Origin: Alphaproteobacteria bacterium | Lineage (GTDB): Bacteria > Pseudomonadota > Alphaproteobacteria > RF32 > CAG-239 | Assembly: GCA_017445475.1 (NCBI GenBank) | Contig: JAFSUB010000018.1 | Span: forward strand, 47,089-111,088 | Direction: 5' to 3' | Length of the DNA: 64,000 bases | Shown here: positions 52,702 to 61,043 of the stretch, one piece after another | Layout of the letters: every line of letters starts with the position of its first letter | How positions within the stretch are numbered: position 1 is the stretch's first letter | Translations under genes and position numbers: made by a program | The notes under the pieces: model-generated | Database searches by the model: none | What the model was told of the DNA's origin: nothing | What the model saw: only the letters and a program-made list of their open reading frames with translations

Positions 52702-52800
52702 GGATTAATCATAAAGAATCAGCGTATGTGCGGGCAAAGCCGCGACGCATCAGGTCATCAGGGCAAACTATAACACTCTCTCCTAAGCCTCCCCCTTGAG

Positions 52801-52860
52801 GGCGCGAGCATATAAAATGCCTTGAACGGCATTTTATAGCGCAAGCGGCGAATTTTCCGA
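52801..52860 (+). repeat. 5' part of the ~140-nt element outside a tRNA
   Basis: GGCGCGAGCATATAAAATGCC-TTGAAC-GGCATTTTATAGCGCAAGCGGCG aligns to 59436-59486 with compensatory changes. Confidence 0.7.
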
Positions 52861-52944
52861 CGCGACGATTCCATGTTAAAAATTCTAAAGAATGTAAAGT
52901 GTTTGGATATAAGTTGGATTTACTTTCATAACTTGAGAACAAAT

Positions 52945-54009
52945 TTAAGAGCGGTTTTTCGTTTTGTTTTGCCAAAAATCAACAGAAACCGATCCTGAAT
53001 CCAAAATTCCTTTTTCTAAATTTTTTACCATTTTTTTAGAATCCTCACGTTCTTGACGGCCAAGTTTTATTATTTCTCGAAGCTCATTTTTCAGCGCTTT
53101 TAAATCTTCTTTAAAACCGCCTCGTTTTACGACGTGTTTTCGTCCGCCCTGTGTTTTTATTTCAAATTCTTCTTTTATATTAAGATTTTGTTCTACTTTT
53201 TTACGAAACCAAGCCTTCAAAGCCTGACGACCGGAAAGACCTTCATATGATACGTTAATGCCTTCTAATTTTCCGGATAAAGAAAATCTTGCCCACATTT
53301 CCATGCCATCAGGACGATCGATACGGAGAACATAATTATAATTGCCTTTAGTAGGCTTAGGCTCACGGGGTGCCTCCCGCCGTCGCAGTGCAACATTATC
53401 GGCGTCACGCGAAGAACGAAAATCGCCTGAATAACCTCCATAACGACCATAACACCAGTATTCACCTATCAAGCGTATTCCCCCCGGAAGCCATCCGTCT
53501 GTTAATTTACCGGCAGTATTGTATATCAGTGTTGTTCCGTCAGGACAACTTTCAAATATTTTAACACGTTTTCCTTTAGAACCAAAACACCACTCTGTTT
53601 CAGCACCATCGGGCATCTTTTCATACATCAACTCTCCGTCTTCCCAACGACGTTCATGCATATTTGGAATGTATTCATATTCGATGTCACGGACTATTTC
53701 ACCATTAATGAACGCATCGCCGTATTCTCGTATCTCACCATTTTTTAGTTTTTCTTTTACAATCACTTTTTCTTTTTTACTCAAATCTCTCGCAAAAAGA
53801 TTGGTATACTCATACCAAAATTGATCACCATCTTTTGTTTTTTCATATATCACATTGTTGTTTTTATCCCACGCCAAAACGGAGCTATCAGAATATTCTT
53901 CATAATGCTCTGCACGCGTATGGGCAAAAAAGGAAAAATACTCGATTTTACGAAGATATTCCTCTGTCCCATCATTTTTATCGGAATTCACCACTTTAAT
54001 ATCAGGCAT
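52945..54009 (-). CDS. Hypothetical protein with short beta-hairpin (YEK.PDG-like) repeats
   Basis: YEKTKDG, YEKMPDG, FESCPDG repeats; basic C-terminus; AT-rich. Confidence 0.72.
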   Translation of the reverse strand: MPDIKVVNSDKNDGTEEYLRKIEYFSFFAHTRAEHYEEYSDSSVLAWDKNNNVIYEKTKDGDQFWYEYTNLFARDLSKKEKVIVKEKLKNGEIREYGDAFINGEIVRDIEYEYIPNMHERRWEDGELMYEKMPDGAETEWCFGSKGKRVKIFESCPDGTTLIYNTAGKLTDGWLPGGIRLIGEYWCYGRYGGYSGDFRSSRDADNVALRRREAPREPKPTKGNYNYVLRIDRPDGMEMWARFSLSGKLEGINVSYEGLSGRQALKAWFRKKVEQNLNIKEEFEIKTQGGRKHVVKRGGFKEDLKALKNELREIIKLGRQEREDSKKMVKNLEKGILDSGSVSVDFWQNKTKNRS

Positions 54010-54294
54010 CTTTATAATCCTTGTAATTTACTTTTGAACTTAATTAAAGCAAGAAAATAGGAAGAACTTAGAAACTCCCTACCATTAAAATTTTTCCAAT
54101 CAGGCTTTCCGGTCGTTTTGCCGGTTGTCATATCTGAAAATGTCAAGCCTCGATTTCGCATTTTCTCTTCCCTTCACATTTTGACTATAACAAATTAAAT
54201 TTGTTTTGTCTAGATGCTTTTTGCATTTTTTACAAATCCCCTCCCCACACCCCATGGCTAATTTGATGCTGAAAGCCGAGCACGCAACCCCAAC

Positions 54295-54341
54295 CGTCAT
54301 GCCTATTTTTTGAGCGTGCTCAAAAAATTCAAGGCATCTTC
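54295..54341 (+). repeat. CGTC-type REP palindrome
   Basis: CGTCATGCCT-TTTTTGAGC/GCTCAAAAA-TC-AAGGCATCTTC. Confidence 0.7.
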
Positions 54342-54401
54342 GAATTTTTGCTTTACATTCAAGAAAAATCTTCCATAATAACGTTGCAATCGATTGGTTG
54401 C

Positions 54402-54510
54402 GGTGCTTAATAGGCATCTTACAGTGAACTCCTCTTTTGGGGAGCGGACGATATAAGGCTTTGCGCGAATCAGTCCATCTGTGCTGTAACAGTTGATTAG
54501 CTCCCCGTTT
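54402..54510 (+). ncRNA. Putative C4-like structured antisense RNA leader
   Basis: GGGGAGC/GCTCCCC closing stem, GGAC/GTCC and CTGT/ACAG arms; CTGTAA complementary to upstream TTACAG. Confidence 0.5.
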
Positions 54511-54563
54511 TGAGATTTATTTCAGAACGGTTTTTTATTAAAACATTAAAACAGGAGTTACTC

Positions 54564-54809
54564 ATGACGATTCAACAACAAATCAAAAAACAGATCGGCC
54601 GCCTTATTTTTGAAGAGCGCCAAAGAAATTATACAAGCGTAGCCGCCTGCTGCAGGGCGCTTAAAATAACCCCCGCCATGTATGAAAGACTTGAGCTCGG
54701 CTTAGATCGAGTCGGCTGGATAAACTATGAAGAGGCTTTGAAGTATTTCCACAAATCCATTGAAATATCACTTGTTGACGAGCCTAGAAACAATAAAAAC
54801 TCAGGCTGA
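54564..54809 (+). CDS. XRE-family helix-turn-helix protein
   Basis: IGRLIFEER....SVAACCRALKITPAMYERLELG; CAGGAG SD. Confidence 0.7.
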   Translation: MTIQQQIKKQIGRLIFEERQRNYTSVAACCRALKITPAMYERLELGLDRVGWINYEEALKYFHKSIEISLVDEPRNNKNSG

Positions 54810-54836
54810 GCCGATGGGTTTCTGAAGCCGACTGCT

Positions 54837-55433
54837 TTATTTTGCGCTTTTCTTTTTCAAATCGGCAATCAGGTCATCAATGCCGTTCGGCGATTTTTTG
54901 ATGAAGGCCGTATATTCATTTCGCGCCGTGATGGCAAGCGAAATGTTTTCGATTATGATATCGATGATTTTCATCTGACCGTTATCTTCTTTAACACGCC
55001 AAACAACCTTAACCGGTTCGGCGTTTTCCATATCAACCGTCGTGTTGACAAATACCTGACCTTGTGAATTTGACGGTGTTGTTCCGGCAAAATCAAAACT
55101 TTTTCCCTTAAACTCATCAAACCGTTGCGACCACGTCTTAACGTTAAAGGCGCGATATACATCAATAAATTCTTTTCGTTGAGCGGGTGTTGCCGTCTTC
55201 CAATAACGTCCCAAAACAAAGCGGCCGATATAATCCAAATCAAGATATGTGTTGAAAAGTTTTTCAAACCGAGCATCTTTTTGTTCAATTGAAACATTGG
55301 AGTTGATAATTTCCTCTATGCCTTCTTTAGTTACGTTTTGAACAAATTTTTCGGCCTTTGAAGCATCTATGGCTTCTGCCTTAACACAAAGAGCCAAAAG
55401 TGTTGCAAATGTGTATAATATAAGTTTTTTCAA
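54837..55433 (-). CDS. mlaC: MlaC/Ttg2D phospholipid-binding protein
   Basis: IGRFVLGRYWKTAT..Q, KIIDIIIENISL...R.EY; TTG start with GGAG SD. Confidence 0.9.
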   Translation of the reverse strand: MKKLILYTFATLLALCVKAEAIDASKAEKFVQNVTKEGIEEIINSNVSIEQKDARFEKLFNTYLDLDYIGRFVLGRYWKTATPAQRKEFIDVYRAFNVKTWSQRFDEFKGKSFDFAGTTPSNSQGQVFVNTTVDMENAEPVKVVWRVKEDNGQMKIIDIIIENISLAITARNEYTAFIKKSPNGIDDLIADLKKKSAK

Positions 55434-55468
55434 TGTTTTTCTCCCGTTATAGCAAAGTTATTATTCAA

Positions 55469-56254
55469 TTATTCTTCTTCGTCCATATCTTCAAAATCAA
55501 AGTCATAGCTTGCGGCTTCAGGCGCACCATCAGCCTTGCAATTGCAAAAACTCTTAAATTTTTGGCGATTTTGCAAAAATGCCGATTTAACCGTGGCATA
55601 AAAATCAACGGAACCTTCTTCCAAACTGTCGAGCAGGGCCATATTTTCGGCGCGTTTATTGATATATTTCAAAGCCGTTGAGCCGTAAATCGTGGTTATA
55701 GCCCAAGTTTCGTCTTTCTTATCCAAAAGCGCCCAATACATCGGATTTGCAAACGAATCTACGCCCCAGCCGACAAGATAACGCGGCGTTGACGGGCCGA
55801 TGACAGGCATCACGAAAAACGGACCGTCGGGAATGCAATATTTTGCCATGGTCGCATCAAACGAATTTGATTTTTGCGTCATCCCCCATGTCGTTGCAAC
55901 ATCATACAAACCGAGAACGCCAAATGTTGCGTTAACGGCAAAACGCGCAACGGAAACGCCGGAATTTTGAAATTCACCCTGAAGAAGGTTGTTGATGGCA
56001 CTTGCCGGTTCTTCCAAGTTGTTAAAAAAGCTTGTTACCCTGTCTCGCACACCTTGCGTTGTTACGGCTTTATAGCCTTTGGCAATGGGTTTAAAAACCA
56101 TTTTATCAAGCTGATAGTTAAAATTAAACATCGCCCTGTTGTAAACTTCCAGTTTTGTTTCTTCATCGCTTATTTTCATTTTTGTGCCGTTCGGATTTGT
56201 GGCGCAGGCACTAACTAAAAGTACGGCCAAAAATGCATACAAAACTTTTTTCAT
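55469..56254 (-). CDS. mlaA: VacJ/MlaA lipoprotein
   Basis: Lipobox VSAC; E.YNRAMFNFN, RFAVNATFG..GL.D.A, GPFFVMPVIGPSTPR. Confidence 0.92.
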   Translation of the reverse strand: MKKVLYAFLAVLLVSACATNPNGTKMKISDEETKLEVYNRAMFNFNYQLDKMVFKPIAKGYKAVTTQGVRDRVTSFFNNLEEPASAINNLLQGEFQNSGVSVARFAVNATFGVLGLYDVATTWGMTQKSNSFDATMAKYCIPDGPFFVMPVIGPSTPRYLVGWGVDSFANPMYWALLDKKDETWAITTIYGSTALKYINKRAENMALLDSLEEGSVDFYATVKSAFLQNRQKFKSFCNCKADGAPEAASYDFDFEDMDEEE

Positions 56255-56442
56255 TGCCTTTTCTCTTTTCGTGAAACAAATATTTTGGCTTAATATATCA
56301 ACGAAATCTTTTCCAATCAAGAAAAAATATCGCATTTGGGAAATCAAAAATGTTACAATTCGGAAATGTTTTGTGTTTTGAAAGTGGCATGGAAATAACA
56401 TAATATTCTTTCGATTTTAAACTTTAAAAAGAGGAATAAAAA

Positions 56443-57603
56443 ATGACAAATAAACCTTCAAAGCCCGTCGGCCTTTTTGATTGCGCAACGTCGCAAAAAG
56501 TTATCGGGCAGGAAAAATTTTTAGATGCATTTAAAACAATTTTAGACCACGGTGCATATTGCCAAGGCCCTGAAACAAAAGAGTTAGATCAAAAGTTGGC
56601 TGCTTATTCGGGCACAAAGTTTTGCGCAACCTGCGGTTCGGGCACAGATGCCTTAACGCTTGCGTTAATGGCATGGGGTGTTCAGGCAGGCGATGCGGTT
56701 TTTGTTTCGTCGTTTACGTTTGTCGCATCGGCAGAAGCGCCTGTTTTGCTTGGTGCAACGCCTGTTTTTGTTGACTCAAAGCCTGATACTTACAATATGG
56801 ATCCCGAAGATTTGAAGCGTGCGATTGCAGAAGTAAAGAAAGAGGGCAAACTCAAATTAAAAGCCGTCATTCCGGTTGATATTTTCGGGTATCCTTGCGA
56901 ATATGACGAAATCATCAAAATCGCACACGAAAACGGTATGAAGGTTTTGTCCGATTCTTGCCAATCCTACGGTTCCGTTTATCACGGAAGAAATGCCGGC
57001 TCTATCGCCGATATGACGGCAACGTCGTTTTATCCGACAAAGCCTTTGGCGGCCTATGGCGACGGCGGTGCTGTTTTTACAAACGATGAAAATGAAAACG
57101 CGCTTGTTCAATCGTGCCGTGTGCATGGTATGAGCCCCGATGATCACTATGACAACGTGCGTTTGGGTATGACAGGGCGTATGAACTCGTTTCAAGCGGC
57201 GGTTTTGCTTCAAAAACTGACAGTTTTTAAAAAAGAACTTCAAGACAGGCTGGCCATCGGTTTGCGCTATGATAAAGAGCTCAATCCGTATTTTAAAAAG
57301 CAGCGTATTGTTGAAAACACGCAGTCGGCTTATGCGTTATATACCATCAACTGCGAACACCGCGATGAATTGATGGCCTATTTAAGAGAAAACGGAATTG
57401 GTTGCGGCGCATATTATCCGAGACCGGTGAACACGCAAACAGCTTATGCAAAGTGGAACACGCGCGCACTTCCCGTTTGCGAAAAGCTTTCAAAAACGGT
57501 TTTGAGCATTCCGATGCACCCGTATTTGACAGCAGATGAGCAGACGTATGTGATTGAAAAGATGAATGAATTTGCATTAAATCATCTTTCAAAAGCAGCT
57601 TAA
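56443..57603 (+). CDS. DegT/DnrJ/EryC1/StrS PLP aminotransferase
   Basis: SGTDAL, GATPVFVD, DSCQSYG, TSFYPTKPL..YGDGG. Confidence 0.95.
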   Translation: MTNKPSKPVGLFDCATSQKVIGQEKFLDAFKTILDHGAYCQGPETKELDQKLAAYSGTKFCATCGSGTDALTLALMAWGVQAGDAVFVSSFTFVASAEAPVLLGATPVFVDSKPDTYNMDPEDLKRAIAEVKKEGKLKLKAVIPVDIFGYPCEYDEIIKIAHENGMKVLSDSCQSYGSVYHGRNAGSIADMTATSFYPTKPLAAYGDGGAVFTNDENENALVQSCRVHGMSPDDHYDNVRLGMTGRMNSFQAAVLLQKLTVFKKELQDRLAIGLRYDKELNPYFKKQRIVENTQSAYALYTINCEHRDELMAYLRENGIGCGAYYPRPVNTQTAYAKWNTRALPVCEKLSKTVLSIPMHPYLTADEQTYVIEKMNEFALNHLSKAA

Positions 57604-57623
57604 AAATATTGCAGGCTTATGCA

Positions 57624-57655
57624 AAAACCGCGTGTTTGAAAGACACGCGGTTTTG
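57624..57655. terminator. Bidirectional terminator
   Basis: AAAACCGCGTGT-TTGAAAG-ACACGCGGTTTT. Confidence 0.78.
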
Positions 57656-57657
57656 TG

Positions 57658-58176
57658 TTAGATGTAAAAACCGATTCCGGCAAAAAACAAAAGCTCTGAT
57701 GGGGCTGTGAACTCAGCAGACCGGTTCGGAAAAACATAAGTTCCGCCCAAATTGATAAAAAACAGGTCGTTTAAGCGAATGTCAAATCCGGCATCAAGTT
57801 TGGCATGCCAAATGCCTTTTCTTAAGGTTACAACGTCGCCCTCTGATATGAGAATCGGCCAATTTGTTGCGCCCGCAAGCAGATAAAACAGGTGTTTTGA
57901 GCCGCACACCACACCAAGCGAAGGGGCAAAATATTGCGTAACATAACGTCTTCTCGGACCGATTCTGCCAAGCGCAAACGTTCCCGTTTCAAGTTGCAGG
58001 CGTAAGAACCCCGTTTCGAAAGAGGCCGTTATATCGCCGACAACTTCTTTTTGGTAAAGGCTGTAACCAACTCTTGTGGCAATTCTGCCGCCAGGGTAAT
58101 ACCAATCGGTGTCAAACTGGGCAAATGCACTCACCGAGAGCAAAAGTGCCGCACAAAATAATAGAAATTTTTTCAT
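57658..58176 (-). CDS. Hypothetical outer-membrane beta-barrel protein
   Basis: Signal peptide SAFA-Q; amphipathic strands; C-terminal AGIGFYI. Confidence 0.72.
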   Translation of the reverse strand: MKKFLLFCAALLLSVSAFAQFDTDWYYPGGRIATRVGYSLYQKEVVGDITASFETGFLRLQLETGTFALGRIGPRRRYVTQYFAPSLGVVCGSKHLFYLLAGATNWPILISEGDVVTLRKGIWHAKLDAGFDIRLNDLFFINLGGTYVFPNRSAEFTAPSELLFFAGIGFYI

Positions 58177-58270
58177 AAATATTGAGTTTTAGTAAGACAT
58201 ATCTATAAGATTTGTCCTCATTTTATAAACAAAATTCAGCTTGTCAAGAAAAAAAATCAGCTAAAAGTTG

Positions 58271-59146
58271 TTATTTTCTGTTTTGAACAAATGTTGCAAA
58301 TGCTAAAATGCTGTCGTATAAATCTGTTTTGACGGTTTCAAAATTTTGATTTTTTTCAAGCTTCTGCTCGTTTGCATAAAGTGCACGATTGAGTTCAATT
58401 TGAATTGTGAAAATCTTTTTTCTCGGCTGGCAATATTGAAAAACGGTATAACCGCCGGAATAAGGAATGTTTTGTCTGGTTGCATATCCTTTTTCTTCAA
58501 ATTGTTTAACCAAAAAAGAGCTGTCCGGCTGCGGACAACTTTGCTCAAACAGGTTGCCGATACAAACGTCTATTTTTGCATCGTCCCATAAAATTTCGCA
58601 AATTTTCGAGGGCATGGAGTGGCAATCAAGCACATAACAAATTCCGAATTTTTGAACACATTTTTCAATGAGGGTGTTTAATTTTTTGTGATATACATCA
58701 TAAACGTTTTTAATGCGTTTTTGAACTTCGCCGTATGAGAGCAAATCTTTGTAAATGGGCTTTCCTTGTGCATTCACGCGGTGTATCAGCCCATAGCCCG
58801 AACGGCAATGTCCGCTTTCAAACAAATTTTTGTCGGCGGGGTAGTCTTTAAACATTTTTTCATCAAGCTCAATTTTGTCTCTGTTTACATCAATAAATGC
58901 GCGCAACAGATTCATCTCTAAAACCGGAATTCCCTTTAAGGCCAAATCTGAAACCATTTCACCGATGAAAATGTCTTCCGTTGAGCGAAGCTCACAAAGC
59001 GAAAGGGCAGCGCTTTCGAGAAAGGCCTGCGGTGCAATGCTGCCGGAATGGGGGCTTGCAACAACAAGCGGAAATTTTGCCTCACCGATAAGTTTTTCGG
59101 TGCAAATAACGAGTTTTGAATAGTCTATCTCTTGCATTTGTGCCAC
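58271..59146 (-). CDS. N-formylglutamate amidohydrolase family protein
   Basis: SPHSG, R.FIDVNR, YHKKL, DCHSMPS, NIPYSGG, IQIELNR.LY. Confidence 0.92.
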   Translation of the reverse strand: MAQMQEIDYSKLVICTEKLIGEAKFPLVVASPHSGSIAPQAFLESAALSLCELRSTEDIFIGEMVSDLALKGIPVLEMNLLRAFIDVNRDKIELDEKMFKDYPADKNLFESGHCRSGYGLIHRVNAQGKPIYKDLLSYGEVQKRIKNVYDVYHKKLNTLIEKCVQKFGICYVLDCHSMPSKICEILWDDAKIDVCIGNLFEQSCPQPDSSFLVKQFEEKGYATRQNIPYSGGYTVFQYCQPRKKIFTIQIELNRALYANEQKLEKNQNFETVKTDLYDSILAFATFVQNRK

Positions 59147-59281
59147 GTCTGTTATGTTGAAAAATATTGTTCAAATGCTAGCAAATAAGTCTTAACGTTT
59201 TATAAAGATGAAAAAAATTGCAAAATATAAAAAAAGGTCTTGCAAAACGAGTTTGTCTGTGATATGCGTTTTTTTGCTTTC

Positions 59282-59358
<77 letters not shown>

Positions 59359-59440
59359 ATAAAAAACACCTCCTTTACGGAGGTTTTTTGTTGATGAAAA
59401 TAATAAAAACTGCTCGAACTTGTGACCTCGATAGAGGCGT

Positions 59441-59581
59441 GAGGATAAAAAATGCCTTAAACGGCATTTTTTACCGCAAATGGCGCAGTTTTGTTCATTT
59501 GCAAGGAAAGCGACAGCAACCGCAGCAAATGTTACAAAACAAGTGACCGAAGCGAAGTTGCTTTTTAAGCAACGAGCAAGA
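59441..59581 (+). mobile_element. ~140-nt structured element, copy behind tRNA-Val
   Basis: Highly similar to 59680-59819; preceded by a 17-nt antisense of tRNA-Val (59413-59429). Confidence 0.8.
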
Positions 59582-59638
59582 AAGATGTCGGAGACATCTT
59601 GCGATCAGAAATATTATTATTGATGAACATAAAAAAAA

Positions 59639-59855
59639 CGGGACATAGCTCAGCCTGGTAGAGCGCTTGCTTTGGGCGCGAGGATAAAAACAACCTCAAA
59701 ATGTTGTTTTTACCGCAAACGGCGAAGTTTTGTTAACGAGCAAGGGAAGCGACAGCAACCGCGGCAAGTTTACAAAACGAGTGACCGAAGCGAAGTTGCT
59801 TTTTAAGCAACGAGCAAGAAAGATGTCGGAGGTTCAAGTCCTCTTGTCCCGACCA
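59639..59855 (+). tRNA. tRNA-Pro(TGG) interrupted by a 140-nt insert (intron-like or pseudogene)
   Basis: 5' half CGGGACATAGCTCAGCCTGGTAGAGCGCTTGCTTTGGGCGC and 3' half AAGATGTCGGAGGTTCAAGTCCTCTTGTCCCGACCA join to a 77-nt cloverleaf. Confidence 0.85.
59680..59819 (+). mobile_element. ~140-nt structured element inside the tRNA-Pro anticodon arm
   Basis: GAGG...GCAAGA; three-hairpin layout conserved among copies. Confidence 0.82.
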
Positions 59856-59908
59856 TTTTATGATATGGTGTGTGGATTGTATATGATTGAAAAAAAACGG
59901 AGGTTTTC

Positions 59909-60193
59909 GTGAAAAAAGTGGTTTTTGCCTGTTTGATGATTTTTGCTCTTTGTTCTTGCACGACAACTTCCGTTCCACCGATGAGAACGAAAGCCAAAAA
60001 TCCGATTGAAATGGGTGATAAGTTTGGCACAAAGTGCGCTTTATACATTTTGGGAATTTTCGGGCCGTTTGGGAATATGTCTATTCCGGAAGCGGCAGCT
60101 GCCGGCGGTGTGACAAAAGTTACGTATTACGACATTACTTCTAAAACTTATATTTTGTATACCAAACGTTGTCTTAATGTGTACGGATATTAA
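59909..60193 (+). CDS. TRL-like family small lipoprotein
   Basis: Lipobox LCSC; G.KCA..ILG.F...GNMSI.EAA..GGVTKV...D; GTG start with GGAGG SD. Confidence 0.8.
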   Translation: MKKVVFACLMIFALCSCTTTSVPPMRTKAKNPIEMGDKFGTKCALYILGIFGPFGNMSIPEAAAAGGVTKVTYYDITSKTYILYTKRCLNVYGY

Positions 60194-60262
60194 GATTTGA
60201 GCACGTAAGCAACTTCTGAAATTTAATTTTTGTGCGGTTTTTTTTGTTTTTAATCTAATTCG

Positions 60263-60304
60263 TAGGCCTCTTGATTTTTGCCTGTCGGCAAAAAAAGGGT
60301 GACG
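60263..60304 (-). repeat. CGTC-type REP palindrome (degenerate)
   Basis: Minus strand CCAAC-CGTCACCCTT-TTTTGCC/GGCAAAA-TC-AAGAGG. Confidence 0.55.
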
Positions 60305-60328
60305 GTTGGTTTTTTTTAAAGTTTCCTG

Positions 60329-60886
60329 TTACAAATCTCTGCTTGATTTTGTTTTCGGTGGGTTGACATTCAAACCCGAATCTAAAGGGTTAGGCTCAGG
60401 GTTTTTATGAGAAACATTTTCTTTCAAACGATTAAATCTTTCTTTATTTTCTTCAATTTTATGTCGCAACGCACATGCGGCAGCAAATATCATATTGTAT
60501 GCAGATGATTCGCCTGTCAAACTCGGTAAATCAGCTTCCGCATCCGAAGGATAACACGTCAAATAACCACATAAATCATGTAAATTTTCATATAAATCAA
60601 CTTTTCCTTTATGCGTGTATCCCTCTTTATTGTATTTTTTTTCAACTTGCCAGGACATTTCTTTGATAATTTCATCATTGTTTGAAAGCTTGATATTTTG
60701 AAACGTATCTATTCTATTTAAACCTCTGATACCAAAGTTATGTTCTGTTTTGGAAGAATAAACAAACGATACCTTAACATTGTTGCCGGCAATTTTATAC
60801 ATCACTTCAGCATCGTTATCACCTTTGAAGAGTATTTTTGAAGGTTTTAGACCTAAAGGATCAACTCCTAAAAATTTTATTGCCAT
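60329..60886 (-). CDS. Hypothetical protein (AT-rich orphan)
   Basis: 185-aa ORF, GGAGA SD; Pro/Asn-rich basic tail. Confidence 0.7.
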   Translation of the reverse strand: MAIKFLGVDPLGLKPSKILFKGDNDAEVMYKIAGNNVKVSFVYSSKTEHNFGIRGLNRIDTFQNIKLSNNDEIIKEMSWQVEKKYNKEGYTHKGKVDLYENLHDLCGYLTCYPSDAEADLPSLTGESSAYNMIFAAACALRHKIEENKERFNRLKENVSHKNPEPNPLDSGLNVNPPKTKSSRDL

Positions 60887-61043
60887 AAAAAAATCTCCAT
60901 CATATTAGAAAAACTGATATCAGTATATCAATATTAACAGAAAAATCAAGATTTATTTAGCGCCAAAACGGTTTTTTAACGAAAATTTATTTTTTTAATG
61001 CTCATGATACAAGAAAAATTAACAATGAACGGAGTGCAAAAAA

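Noticed and set aside
59359-59440. HDV-like theta ribozyme at tRNA 3' ends
   Set aside because: The tRNAs encode CCA and are followed directly by A-run/terminator hairpins. I saw no nested double pseudoknot starting at the 3' end.
59677-59819. Group I intron in tRNA-Pro
   Set aside because: Only about 140 nt, no recognisable P7/R-S core, and neither possible 5' exon ends in U.
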